From an uncultured Candidatus Rokubacteria bacterium (GTDB lineage: Bacteria > Methylomirabilota > Methylomirabilia > Rokubacteriales > CSP1-6): a DNA stretch of 64,000 nucleotides. The stretch is from assembly GCA_963754315.1 (NCBI GenBank), contig CAVWFS010000008.1:256001-320000 (forward strand), read 5' to 3'. Under the pieces are notes generated by a model. That model had not been told where the DNA came from. It did no database searches and saw nothing but the letters and a program-made list of their open reading frames with translations. Shown piece by piece: positions 1 to 9,533 of the stretch; the stretch's first letter is position 1, and each line of letters opens with the position of its first letter. The translations under genes were made by a program, and so were the position numbers.

Positions 1-311
1 TTCTGAAGCTCGGGATGGCTCGTGATGGCGGCCATCAGTCGCTTGCTGATGCCCTGCCCGCGATGGCTTGGGAGAACGAACACGTCGGCGACGTAGGCAT
101 AGGTCGCGCGGTCGCTGATGACGCGGGCGAACCCTACCTGGCGCCTTCCGTCGAAGGCGGCAAAGCAGATCGAGTGCCGGACGGAGCGTTCGACCACCTC
201 GCGGGGAATTCCGGATGCCCAGTACGACTCCACGAGGAAGCCATGAATCGTGTCGAGGTCGAACCGGTCGGGGTCACAGGTGACGGATATCGCAGCAGAC
301 GGGTGGCCCAT
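1..311 (-). CDS. GNAT N-acetyltransferase, 3'-truncated by the window edge (not in the ORF track)
   Basis: Manual translation from ATG 311: MGHPSAAISVTCDPDRFDLDTIHGFLVESYWASGIPREVVERS...QVGFARVISDRATYAYVADVFVLPSHRGQGISKRLM. Acetyl-CoA motif V..HRGQG; purine-rich RBS upstream. Confidence 0.85.
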   Translation of the reverse strand, partial: MGHPSAAISVTCDPDRFDLDTIHGFLVESYWASGIPREVVERSVRHSICFAAFDGRRQVGFARVISDRATYAYVADVFVLPSHRGQGISKRLMAAITSHPELQ

Positions 312-332
312 GATGTCCCTTTCCTTCCGTGG

Positions 333-836
333 TCAGGCGTGGATGCGCTCGGCGGCGGATGGCATTGAGAGGGCGGTTCGCAGGCGCCGCTCGAGGCGGC
401 GGGCGGCCGCGGGGCCGGGGGTCGCCACGAAGACCGTGTCGTCGCCGGCCACCGTGCCGATCACCTGGTCGAGGTCGGCCTCGTCCAGGGCGCGAGCGAG
501 CGGGTGCGCGCCAGCGGGGGGAGTGCGAATGACGACCAGCGAGGCCGCCGCCCGCACAGAGAGGACGGATTCTGCCAGACGCCGATCCAATACCTGGTGG
601 CGCATCTCGGCGGGGACGAACACGACCCCGCCGGGTGTCACGTAGCCGGCCGGGGTCTTGGCCAGGCCAAGCGCCTTGAGGTCGCGGGAGAGCGTGGGCT
701 GGGCGACCGCGATTCCGCGCCGGCGCAGCCGCCGCTGGATCTCGTCCTGCGAGCGCACGGTCCCCTCCTGCACCACGCGGAGAATTTCGTGTCGCCGCCG
801 CAGGCCACCGCCCCTAGGAGAATGAATATTCTTCAT
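333..836 (-). CDS. argR: Arginine repressor ArgR
   Basis: wHTH with SQDEI..LRRRGIAVAQPTLSRDL and C-terminal GTVAGDDTVFV arginine-binding motif. Confidence 0.93.
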   Translation of the reverse strand: MKNIHSPRGGGLRRRHEILRVVQEGTVRSQDEIQRRLRRRGIAVAQPTLSRDLKALGLAKTPAGYVTPGGVVFVPAEMRHQVLDRRLAESVLSVRAAASLVVIRTPPAGAHPLARALDEADLDQVIGTVAGDDTVFVATPGPAAARRLERRLRTALSMPSAAERIHA

Positions 837-854
837 GACGAATATAAATACATC
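817..854. promoter_or_regulatory. Tandem ARG boxes overlapping the argR start and putative -10
   Basis: Cores AGAAT-GAAT-ATTCT (819-832) and CGAAT-ATAA-ATACA (839-852), 20 bp apart, in an AT-rich patch. Minus-strand TTGACC (873-868)-N17-TATTTA (850-845). Confidence 0.7.
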
Positions 855-993
855 ACGGCGGGCGGCGGGTCAAGGGCACCACCGCAGGGGCGGGCCGGGG
901 ACATTTCCCCGGGCCCCCAGCACCGGGCACGGGCTATGATGGCGTCTCGTCACCGAATCCGGAGTCAACGGGCGTGAGCCGCGGGAGGTCAGC

Positions 994-2205
994 ATGTACG
1001 ATCTGGTATTGAAGGGGGGCACCGTGATCGATCCCTCGAGCCGCCTCGACGGTGTGCTCGACGTGGCGGTCGACAATGGCGTCATCACCCGCATCGCACC
1101 CTCTATTCCGGCCGCGGAGGCCGCGCGGGTGATCGAGGTCGGCGGCAAGATCGTCACCCCGGGGCTGATCGACCTCCACGCCCACGTCTTCGAGGGCGTC
1201 AATCGAACGGGGGTGAATCCCGACCTCGCCGGGGTCTACGCTGGGGTCACGACCATCGTGGACGCGGGGAGCGCGGGGGCGGCCACGTTCGGCGCCTTCC
1301 CGCGCCTCATCATTCCGCACTGCCACACGGAGATCGTGCCCTTCCTGCACATCTGCCAGACGGGGCTGGCCACCATGCCGGACATCATCGCCGAGAGCAG
1401 CGTGAATCTCGACGACACGGTGCGCGTCGCCAGCCAGCACCACGGGCTCATTGCGGGGATCAAGGCGCGCATGGTGTCACCCGCCCTCGAGATCATGGGC
1501 ATGGAGATGCCGAAGCTGGCCAAGCGCGCCGCGCGCGAGGTCGGCATCAAGCTCATGGTGCACATCGGCGACACCGAGAAGCGCTACGACCCGAAGGTGA
1601 TTCATCCCCTGCTCTCGCTGCTGGAGCCGGGCGACATCCTGACGCACTACTTCACCCCCAATCCGGGCGGGGTTCTCGACACAAACGGCAAGCTGGTGCC
1701 GGAGGCCCGGGAGGCGGCCGACCGTGGAGTGTGGTTCGACACCGCGCATGGCCGGATGAACTTCAGCTTCGACGTGGGCCGCCGTATCATCGAGCAAGGA
1801 TTGCTGCCTCACTGCATCAGCACCGATCTCACCGTGCCCGGGCGCCTCAACACGGTGCACAGCATGACCGAGATGATGACCCGCTTTCTGGGTCTCGGCT
1901 TCACCCTGCCCCAGGTGATCACGATGTCCACGGCCAATCCCGCCAAGGCCATCGGCGCCGAGCAGCGTCTCGGGAGTCTCGTGGTCGGACGCCAGGCCGA
2001 TATCTCGGTGCTCGAGATCCAGGACGGTGACTGGGTCGTCTATGACATTCTCGGCTCGCCCCTGCGCGTCGATCACGCTCTGACACCCCACCTGACGGTG
2101 AAGCGCGGTCGGCTCTTCACCCCCGACTACGGACCGCGCGCCTGGGGCTGGCTGCCCGACCGCGCGCTGCCGGCCGTGGCAGGAGGTTCGGGAGGTTGCT
2201 GCTGA
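994..2205 (+). CDS. Amidohydrolase/deacetylase family metallohydrolase (dihydroorotase-like)
   Basis: PGLIDLHAH, GVTTIVDAGSAG, GIKAR, MVHIGD, ISTD motifs; GGAGG RBS. Confidence 0.88.
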   Translation: MYDLVLKGGTVIDPSSRLDGVLDVAVDNGVITRIAPSIPAAEAARVIEVGGKIVTPGLIDLHAHVFEGVNRTGVNPDLAGVYAGVTTIVDAGSAGAATFGAFPRLIIPHCHTEIVPFLHICQTGLATMPDIIAESSVNLDDTVRVASQHHGLIAGIKARMVSPALEIMGMEMPKLAKRAAREVGIKLMVHIGDTEKRYDPKVIHPLLSLLEPGDILTHYFTPNPGGVLDTNGKLVPEAREAADRGVWFDTAHGRMNFSFDVGRRIIEQGLLPHCISTDLTVPGRLNTVHSMTEMMTRFLGLGFTLPQVITMSTANPAKAIGAEQRLGSLVVGRQADISVLEIQDGDWVVYDILGSPLRVDHALTPHLTVKRGRLFTPDYGPRAWGWLPDRALPAVAGGSGGCC

Positions 2206-2227
2206 CCTCGCCAGGCGGCGTCCGGCC

Positions 2228-3391
2228 ATGAAAGGCAGCAGCAACCGGATTCTCACCACCCATGCCGGGAGCCTGCCTCGCCCCCCTGATCTGCTCGAGA
2301 TGTTGCGTGCGGGAGCTGAAGGTCGACCTGTCTCCAGGGACGCGCAAGCCGCGCGAGTGCGCCGAGCGGTGGCGGAGGTGGTCCGAGCTCAGGTCGATTG
2401 CGGGCTCGACATCGTGGCCGACGGTGAGATGAGCAAGCCGAGCTTCATTACCTACGTCACCGAGCGGCTGGCTGGGTTCACGCCGAGCTCGGAAGCGGGC
2501 GAGTTGCCGTGGGCGGGGTCGAAGGAAGTGCTGGCCTTTCCGGAGTTCTACACGGCGGCGCTACGCCAGAGTCCAAACGCGGCGGCGGCCCGCTTCGTCT
2601 GTACCGGTCCGGTCTCCTACCAGGGACACGCCCAGGTGCGCGCCGACATCGACAATCTCAGGGCCGCCTTAGCTGACGTCCGGGCCGAGGAGGCCTTTGT
2701 CCCGGCCATCTCACCCTCCAACGTGGAGGGTCGGCAGAGAAACGCGTACTACAAGACCGACGAGGAGTACCTGTTCGCCATCGCCGACGCCATGCACGAA
2801 GAGTACAAGGCCATCGTGGAGGCTGGGTTCATCCTGCAGATCGACGACCCGCGGCTGGTGACCTACTACATCATGGATCCGCGCTCGACGGTGGCGGACT
2901 GCCGCCGATGGGCGGAGGTGCGGGTGGAAGCGCTCAACCATGCCCTGCGGGGTATTCCGCGCGACCGGGTGCGCTTCCACACCTGCTACAGCATCAACAT
3001 GGGCCCGCGGGTCCACGATATGGAGCTCAAAGACGTGGTGGACATCATCCTGAAGGTGCGGGCGGGCGCCTATTCGTTCGAAGCGGCCAACCCGCGCCAC
3101 GAGCACGAGTGGCGTGTGTGGGAGAGCGTCACCCTGCCCGAGGATGTTCTCCTCATCCCCGGCGTCATCACCCAATCCACCGTGCTCGTCGAGCACCCGG
3201 AACTGGTGGCCCAGCGGATCGTGAGGTTTGCCGACGTAGTCGGGCGCGAGAAGGTCATCGCCGGCGCCGACTGTGGATTTGCCACCTTCGCCGGGTCGAC
3301 CGAAATCCCCCCCACCGTGGCCTGGGCGAAGCTCAAGTCCCTGACCGACGGCGCGCAGCTGGCCAGCCAGAGGCTGTGGGGTCGCGCGTAA
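2228..3391 (+). CDS. Cobalamin-independent methionine synthase II family (single-domain MetE-like Zn enzyme)
   Basis: TTHAGSLPRP, DGEMSK, LQIDDP, HTCY, SFEAANPRH, GADCGF. Confidence 0.88.
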   Translation: MKGSSNRILTTHAGSLPRPPDLLEMLRAGAEGRPVSRDAQAARVRRAVAEVVRAQVDCGLDIVADGEMSKPSFITYVTERLAGFTPSSEAGELPWAGSKEVLAFPEFYTAALRQSPNAAAARFVCTGPVSYQGHAQVRADIDNLRAALADVRAEEAFVPAISPSNVEGRQRNAYYKTDEEYLFAIADAMHEEYKAIVEAGFILQIDDPRLVTYYIMDPRSTVADCRRWAEVRVEALNHALRGIPRDRVRFHTCYSINMGPRVHDMELKDVVDIILKVRAGAYSFEAANPRHEHEWRVWESVTLPEDVLLIPGVITQSTVLVEHPELVAQRIVRFADVVGREKVIAGADCGFATFAGSTEIPPTVAWAKLKSLTDGAQLASQRLWGRA

Positions 3392-3433
3392 GATCCATCA
3401 CATTCGTAGGGATGACGCGAGGAGCTTGATCCT

Positions 3434-4306
3434 ATGGCGGATATGCTGAGCACGATTCTCGAAACACGCGAGGCGGAACGGCTGGCCACGGGCTTTGGCT
3501 TTACCGAGGGTCCCCTGTGGCACCCCGACGGCTTCTACTATTTCGTCGACATCCGCCGGAATACCCTCCATCGCCTGATCCCAGGAAAGGAACCCGAAGT
3601 GGTGCGGGCCGACACGGGCGAGGGCAACGGCACCACGTTCGACCTCCAAGGCCGGCTGATCCTCTGCGAGGGCGGACATCGTCGCCTCACGCGCACGTCG
3701 ACCGACGGCCGCGTCGAGGTCCTGGTAGATCGCTTCGAGGGCAAGCGTCTGAACCGTCCCAACGACGTGGTGTGTAAGTCCGACGGGAGCATCTATTTCA
3801 CCGATCCCGGCTTGCGCGTGCCCCTCGCCGAGCGCGAACTGGCCTCGGCCGGCGTCTATCGCCTCCGCCCGGACGGGTCCCTCACCCTGGTCGCGGACTG
3901 CGAGTATCCGAACGGTCTGGCCTTCTCCCCAGACGAGCGCGTGCTCTACGTGGCCAACACACGCTGGGCGCAGTACATTCACGCGCTCGAGCTCGATGAT
4001 ACGGGCTCCCTGGTGCGCCGCCGCATCTTCGCCGACATGTCGTCTGACGAGACCGACGGGGTCCCCGACGGCATGAAGGTGGACGTGGAGGGTCGGGTTT
4101 ACTGCACGGGCCCGGGGGGGACCTGGGTCTTCGCGCCCGACGGAGCGCGGCTCGGGATCATTCGCACACCGGAGGTTCCGGCCAACGTAGCCTTCGGCGG
4201 CCCCGATCTCCGGACCCTGTTCTTCACCGCCCGCACGTCCATCTACACGCTGCGTGTCAAGACGCCAGGACGACCGCATCCCTGGTATCGGACCCGCACA
4301 AGGTGA
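3434..4306 (+). CDS. SMP-30/gluconolactonase family protein
   Basis: FTEGPLW, LNRPND, PNGLAFSPD, PDGMKVD motifs. Confidence 0.9.
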   Translation: MADMLSTILETREAERLATGFGFTEGPLWHPDGFYYFVDIRRNTLHRLIPGKEPEVVRADTGEGNGTTFDLQGRLILCEGGHRRLTRTSTDGRVEVLVDRFEGKRLNRPNDVVCKSDGSIYFTDPGLRVPLAERELASAGVYRLRPDGSLTLVADCEYPNGLAFSPDERVLYVANTRWAQYIHALELDDTGSLVRRRIFADMSSDETDGVPDGMKVDVEGRVYCTGPGGTWVFAPDGARLGIIRTPEVPANVAFGGPDLRTLFFTARTSIYTLRVKTPGRPHPWYRTRTR

Positions 4307-5216
4307 GGCCGCGCTGCTCTCTCGGCGGGCGCTCCTCTCCCTGATGGCGGCCGCCGCGGCCCAGCCGGCCAGCGCACGGGCCGCGCCCGCGATGCTCGCG
4401 CGCCCCATCCCGTCGACAAGCGAACCGATCCCCGCCGTGGGTCTCGGCACCTGGCGCACCTTCGATGTTGGCGCCTCGCCCGCTGAGCGGGAGCCGCTGC
4501 GGGAAGTGCTGCAACACTTCGTCGCCCTTGGCGGCAGGCTTGTCGATTCGTCGCCGATGTACGGAGCAGCCGAGAGCGTGGTGGGCGACCTGGCGGTCGA
4601 GCTTGGCCTTCGTGATTCGCTCTTCCTCGCGACCAAGGTCTGGACAAGTGGTCGGGAGGCCGGGGTTGCCCAGATGGATCAGTCGCGGCAGCGCCTCCGG
4701 GCCTCACGCCTCGATCTGATGCAGATTCACAACCTGCTCGACTGGCGAACCCACCTCCGCACCCTGCGCGAGTGGAAGGAGGCCGGCCGCATCCGCTACC
4801 TCGGCGTCACCCACTACACGGCCGGCGCGTACGACGAGCTGGAGCGAGTGATGCGCAGCGAGCCGCTCGATTTCCTCCAGGTCAACTACTCGCTGGGCGA
4901 GCGGGAGGCCGAGCAACGCGTGCTGCCTCTGGCCCGTGACCGCGGCCTGGCGGTGCTGGCGAACCGGCCATTCCAGGAAGGCGGCCTGTTCCGGAAGGTG
5001 CGCGGACAGTCGCTGCCGGCGTGGGCCGCCGACTTCGACTGTGAGAGCTGGGCGCAGTTCTTCCTGAAATGGATTCTTGCCCACCCGGCCGTGACCTGCG
5101 TGATTCCCGCCACCAGCCGACCCGCACATTTGGCCGACAACATGAAGGCAGGGCAGGGTCGCCTGCCCGACACGGCGACCCGGGACCGGATGGCCGCCCT
5201 CGTTGCCCAGCGCTGA
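4254..5216 (+). CDS. Aldo/keto reductase with Tat-like N-terminus (start uncertain)
   Basis: GLGTW, DSSPMYG, LATKV, DLMQIHN, IPATS; SRRALL followed by an Ala-rich segment. Overlaps the upstream gene by 53 nt. Confidence 0.85.
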   Translation: MSRRQDDRIPGIGPAQGEAALLSRRALLSLMAAAAAQPASARAAPAMLARPIPSTSEPIPAVGLGTWRTFDVGASPAEREPLREVLQHFVALGGRLVDSSPMYGAAESVVGDLAVELGLRDSLFLATKVWTSGREAGVAQMDQSRQRLRASRLDLMQIHNLLDWRTHLRTLREWKEAGRIRYLGVTHYTAGAYDELERVMRSEPLDFLQVNYSLGEREAEQRVLPLARDRGLAVLANRPFQEGGLFRKVRGQSLPAWAADFDCESWAQFFLKWILAHPAVTCVIPATSRPAHLADNMKAGQGRLPDTATRDRMAALVAQR

Positions 5217-5234
5217 TCAATCCCACGCTCCCGA

Positions 5235-6689
5235 TCAAGCGTAACCAGGGGGCGGCACGAAGGCCTGAAACTCGCGCTCGAGCAGCCCCGCGAAGGCCAG
5301 GCAGGTCAGGTCACCGAACTGGGGCCCGACTATCTGCACGCCCACCGGAAGCCCGGCGGCCGTGAAGCCGCACGGGGCCGCCGTGGACGGAAGATAGGAG
5401 GCGCCGCTGTATCCCGCCCAGAACAGGTGATCGGTCACGGGGCGGGGCCGCCCGTTGATGGCCAGGCTGCGCTGGTGCCGCTCGCCCTGCTGATCGTGTG
5501 GAAAGGCGGCCACCCCGGCCACCGGACAGAGGAGAAGGTCGTACTTCGTGAAGAAATCCGCCCACGCCAGACGCATGCGGTGACGCGCCTCGTTGGCGGC
5601 CAACCAGTCCCGATGATAGAGGACGTTGGCGCGCAGCGCCCGGGCATAGTAGCTCTCGTCGTCTGGCGCCAAACCGCGCGCGAGGTCGAGGTTCGCGGCG
5701 AACTCCGCGTCGTTCTGCCGACCCGAGGTCGCCGCCCTGAGGAGGCGAGCGTAGACCTTGAAGGCCTCGCCGGTATCGATGGCCGGGCGCGCGCGCTCGT
5801 CGACCTTCACCTTCTGGCGCCGTAGGAATTCCGCGAGCGCTAGCAGCCGTTCCTTCACCTGGTCATCCACTTCACTCTCGGGCGTCTCGAGCAGCAATGC
5901 CACCTTGTAGTCGCGCAGACGCTTCTGGCGCGGCGGGCGCAAGCGGAGCTGCCACCCGGCGGCCTCGATGGCCTCCGGCCCGGCCATGATCGAGAGGGCC
6001 AGGGTCAGATCGTCGGTGCTCCGCGCGAGCGGACCGACCACGTCGATGTCAACGGGGGCTATCTGTCCCGGTAAGGCCTGGCCCGTGCGCGGTACGATCC
6101 CCCAGGTCGGCTTGTGTCCGAACACGCCGCAGAAGTGTGCCGGGTTGCGGATCGAAGAACCGATGTCGCTGCCGGCCTCGAGTCCCGTGAGCCCAGCCGC
6201 CAGGGCCGCCGCCGAGCCACCCGATGATCCGCCGGGGGCGCGCGTGAGGTCCCATGGATTGTTGGTCGTACCGTAGATCGCGTTGAAGCTCTGCCAGTCG
6301 GAGAGGTACAGCGGAACGTTGGTCTTACCGAAGAGCACCGCACCCGCCCCGAGCAAGCGGTCCACGCATACCGCATTCTTCGCCGGCACATTGTCCTTGA
6401 GAGCAGGCAGACCCCAGGTGGTGGGAAGTCCGGCGACGTCGTACGACTCCTTGATGGTCATGGGGACGCCGTGCAGTGGTCCCCAGACCTCGCCGCGGGC
6501 CAGGGCCCGGTCGGCCGCCCGGGCCCGTCGGCGCGCCCGCTCCAGATCGCGGACCACGATGGCGTTGAGAACGGGGTTGTACTTCTCGACCCGCCCGAGA
6601 TAGAGCTCGAGGAGCTCCAGGCAACCGAGCTTCTTTCTGCGGATGCTGGCCGCGAGCTGCTTGGCACTGCGGAAGGGGACGTCGAGCAT
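5235..6689 (-). CDS. Amidase (amidase-signature family)
   Basis: GVPMTIKES, GKTN, GGSSGGSAAA, GSDIGSSIRNPA. Confidence 0.92.
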   Translation of the reverse strand: MLDVPFRSAKQLAASIRRKKLGCLELLELYLGRVEKYNPVLNAIVVRDLERARRRARAADRALARGEVWGPLHGVPMTIKESYDVAGLPTTWGLPALKDNVPAKNAVCVDRLLGAGAVLFGKTNVPLYLSDWQSFNAIYGTTNNPWDLTRAPGGSSGGSAAALAAGLTGLEAGSDIGSSIRNPAHFCGVFGHKPTWGIVPRTGQALPGQIAPVDIDVVGPLARSTDDLTLALSIMAGPEAIEAAGWQLRLRPPRQKRLRDYKVALLLETPESEVDDQVKERLLALAEFLRRQKVKVDERARPAIDTGEAFKVYARLLRAATSGRQNDAEFAANLDLARGLAPDDESYYARALRANVLYHRDWLAANEARHRMRLAWADFFTKYDLLLCPVAGVAAFPHDQQGERHQRSLAINGRPRPVTDHLFWAGYSGASYLPSTAAPCGFTAAGLPVGVQIVGPQFGDLTCLAFAGLLEREFQAFVPPPGYA

Positions 6690-6736
6690 GAGCCGATCTC
6701 CTACTCCGCCGGAAATCGCAACGGCTTCTTCGTGAG

Positions 6737-7531
6737 CTAACCGCGCAGGAAGGTCTGGACGATCTCCGCGGTAGCCTCCGGCTGCTCCAGGTGTGGCGCA
6801 TGGCCCGCGTTCTTGACAACTTCCTGGCGCGTCCGCGGCAGCCGGCGGGCAAACTCCCCCGCATAGAGCGGAGGCACCAGGCGATCCTTCTCTCCCCAGA
6901 CGAGCAGGGTGGGAGCCTGAATGCGATGGATTCGCTTCTTGAGCCCCTTGTCGGGAATGGGCCAGATGAACTTGCCAGTGGCCCCCATGGCCCAGGTCAG
7001 CCGTGTGCGAGCGAGCGCGGCCTCGTCGAAGTTCTCGGGAATCGAAAACAGCGCCTTGGCGGGCGCGCTCTCAGGGTCGACGAAGACGTACTTCGGCAGG
7101 TCCACGGGGGCGACGAGCATCCAGTTGGTCACCGGCGCGTCGTCCCGCCACAGTCCGATGGGGTCGACGAGCACCAGCCGCGGGATGCGAGATGATCGCA
7201 GGGCCGCCAGCTCGCATGCCACCATGGCCCCGAAGGAGTGGCCGGCGAGCATCACGTCAGACAGCTTCAGGTGATCGAGCAGCTCGTCGTAGCAGAGGAC
7301 CAGATCCCACAGGTTGTCGATGTGCTGCACGGCGTCGGGCAAGCCCGCAGTGGTCCCGGGATGCTCCGGGGCGTACACGGTGAAATTGCGTGCCAGCGCG
7401 TCCAGAAACGGCCCCCATGTCAGGCCCCACGGCCCATGAAAGTACATCACGGCCGGGCCTTGGCCTTTGACGTGGACTCGAAAGGGAACCTGCCCTTGCC
7501 ACACCGTGACGCTCTGCTGATGCGTCGCCAT
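6737..7531 (-). CDS. Alpha/beta fold hydrolase
   Basis: FHG oxyanion motif, GHSFG nucleophile elbow, WGEKD, AGHAPHLE. Confidence 0.9.
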   Translation of the reverse strand: MATHQQSVTVWQGQVPFRVHVKGQGPAVMYFHGPWGLTWGPFLDALARNFTVYAPEHPGTTAGLPDAVQHIDNLWDLVLCYDELLDHLKLSDVMLAGHSFGAMVACELAALRSSRIPRLVLVDPIGLWRDDAPVTNWMLVAPVDLPKYVFVDPESAPAKALFSIPENFDEAALARTRLTWAMGATGKFIWPIPDKGLKKRIHRIQAPTLLVWGEKDRLVPPLYAGEFARRLPRTRQEVVKNAGHAPHLEQPEATAEIVQTFLRG

Positions 7532-7574
7532 CAGCGGTATCCGCCTTCCTCACTTGCGTGCTGGCCCGCGCACC

Positions 7575-8813
7575 TCACGCGGTGGCGCCGGCGGGCTGGC
7601 GAGCCGTGCGCAGACGAGCCGGCCACCAGTGGTTTTCCCAGCCCTCGTCGTCCCAGATCTCCCTGAGGGCTGGCAAGACTTCGGCCGCCAGCAGGTCGAT
7701 GTTCTTCAAGGTCAACTCGTGCGGCATCGAGCCGATCTGCACGAGCAACATCAGGTTGCCCACGTGGAGTCCCTTGACCACTTCTTCGATCAGACGATCG
7801 CGCACCGTGGCGGGGCTGCCGGCGATGACATAACCCTTTTCCACGAAGTCGCGATAGCGCAGGGTCTTGGGATCCTCAGGACGCCGAACCGGATTGCGAT
7901 TGGTGGCGAGCAGACTGCGATAGTCCTGGTTGCCGGGCGGTGCGAACCAGTGGGCCGGCACGTGCAGACACTTGTGATAGAAGTACTCGACGTGGCGCGC
8001 GTACTCGGCCTCGGCTCGCGCGTCCGTCTCGGAGACCGCGACGAGCTGCAGGAAGCCGGCCCGGTAGGGATTGCGCTCCAGGCCCTTCCCTTCCACGACC
8101 TGCCAGTAGCCGTCCATCATGCTCTTGGCTGCCCTGGCGCCGGAGTAGCTCAGGAAGCAATAGCAGACGTTCCGCTCGGCGGCGAAGTCGAACGTGCTGA
8201 TGCTGCCAGAGCCCGGTACCCAGATGGGAGGATGTGGTTCCTGGATGGGGCGCGGCCACAGGTTCACCTGGCCCAGCTGAAAGTACTTCCCGTTCCAGGC
8301 GAAGATCTCCTTGGCTTGCCACGCCTTCAGCACGAGCTCGAAAGCCTCGCGATAGCGCTCTCGGTGCTCCATGGGAGTGATGCCGTACGCGAGGTTCACG
8401 TCCATCGGGCTCCCGAGGGGGAGTCCAGCGACCAGGCGCCCGCCGCTGATGCAATCGAGCATGCCGTACTCCTCGGCCACGCGGATAGGCGGGGTGGTCG
8501 TGGGGAGCGTCATTCCCATCTGAACGATGGCGACGTCCAGGTCGTTGGTCTGCTTCGCCAGCACGCTGCCCATCAGGTTGGGGCTTGGCATGAAGCCATA
8601 GGCGTTCTGGTGATGCTCGTTGGTACAGACGCCGTCGAACCCGGCCCGGGCCGCGTGGAGCAGCTCGTCGAGGGTCCAGTTGTAGTACTGGCCTACGCGT
8701 CGGGCATCCGCCAGCTCCCACCACGGCGGTGTCACCCACACGCTCGGATAGCGCTGCTCGAAGTTCGCGGGCAGCTCGCGGTGCGGCATCAGGTGGAACG
8801 CGCTGATCTTCAT
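7575..8813 (-). CDS. LLM class flavin-dependent oxidoreductase
   Basis: GFDGVCTNEHH, PIRVAEEYGMLDCISGGRL, WPRPIQEPHPPIW. Confidence 0.9.
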   Translation of the reverse strand: MKISAFHLMPHRELPANFEQRYPSVWVTPPWWELADARRVGQYYNWTLDELLHAARAGFDGVCTNEHHQNAYGFMPSPNLMGSVLAKQTNDLDVAIVQMGMTLPTTTPPIRVAEEYGMLDCISGGRLVAGLPLGSPMDVNLAYGITPMEHRERYREAFELVLKAWQAKEIFAWNGKYFQLGQVNLWPRPIQEPHPPIWVPGSGSISTFDFAAERNVCYCFLSYSGARAAKSMMDGYWQVVEGKGLERNPYRAGFLQLVAVSETDARAEAEYARHVEYFYHKCLHVPAHWFAPPGNQDYRSLLATNRNPVRRPEDPKTLRYRDFVEKGYVIAGSPATVRDRLIEEVVKGLHVGNLMLLVQIGSMPHELTLKNIDLLAAEVLPALREIWDDEGWENHWWPARLRTARQPAGATA

Positions 8814-8954
8814 CTCACACCCTCCGGGCTCTCGTGGCCACGGGCGACTGGTGGCTCGGGAATGACACCAGTGTATCTTTCTAGGGACTTCCCGTCACGG
8901 CCCGGGATCGGCTATATGCTGATCGATGAGGCAAGCCTGTCCTGGAGGGAGCAC

Positions 8955-9521
8955 ATGGCGGTCGAGGTGGAGCAGGCAAGAAGGCTATTCACCCGCCAGG
9001 AATACCACCGGATGGCCGAGGTGGGCATCCTCAAGCCCACCGATCGGGTCGAGCTGATCCGGGGCGAGATCGTCCAGATGTCACCCATCGGCCGGCGCCA
9101 CGTCGCATTCGTCAACAACTTGACCGAGCTTCTGGTCACCCGCCTGACCGGGCGGGCCACCGTGTCTGTCCAGAATCCGGTGGTGCTTGCCGACGATACC
9201 GAGCCCCAGCCCGACCTTGCCATCCTCCGCCGTCGGCCCGTGCCGTACAAAGACGCCGAGCCGACCACCGAAGACGCGCTTCTGCTGATCGAGGTGGCGG
9301 AGAGCTCGCTCGCGTACGACCGGTCGACCAAGCTTCGGCTCTACGCCGAGGCCGGGATTCCCGAGTACTGGGTGATCGACACTGTCGCAGAGACCGTGGA
9401 GATGTACCGCCAGCCTGGCGCCGACGGCTACAGGGATGCCCGCATTGTGGCGGGCGCGGGGGTGGTCATGCCGCTGGCCTTCCCGGATGTGTCGTTGACG
9501 CTTGCCGATATTTTCGCATAA
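8955..9521 (+). CDS. Uma2 family (DUF820) endonuclease-fold protein
   Basis: 3' part of ORF 7554..9521; ATG 8955 with GGAGG RBS. RVELIRGEI, EPQPDL, LLIEVAESSLAYDR..KLRLYAEAGIPEYWVID. Confidence 0.9.
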   Translation: MAVEVEQARRLFTRQEYHRMAEVGILKPTDRVELIRGEIVQMSPIGRRHVAFVNNLTELLVTRLTGRATVSVQNPVVLADDTEPQPDLAILRRRPVPYKDAEPTTEDALLLIEVAESSLAYDRSTKLRLYAEAGIPEYWVIDTVAETVEMYRQPGADGYRDARIVAGAGVVMPLAFPDVSLTLADIFA

Positions 9522-9533
9522 GCGCCAGCCTGG

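Noticed and set aside
15..368. Plus-strand 117-aa ORF
   Set aside because: Antisense shadow of the minus-strand GNAT gene.
7554..8954. 655-aa ORF as a large Uma2 fusion
   Set aside because: The 5' part is the antisense of the LLM gene; Uma2 has its own RBS and ATG at 8955.
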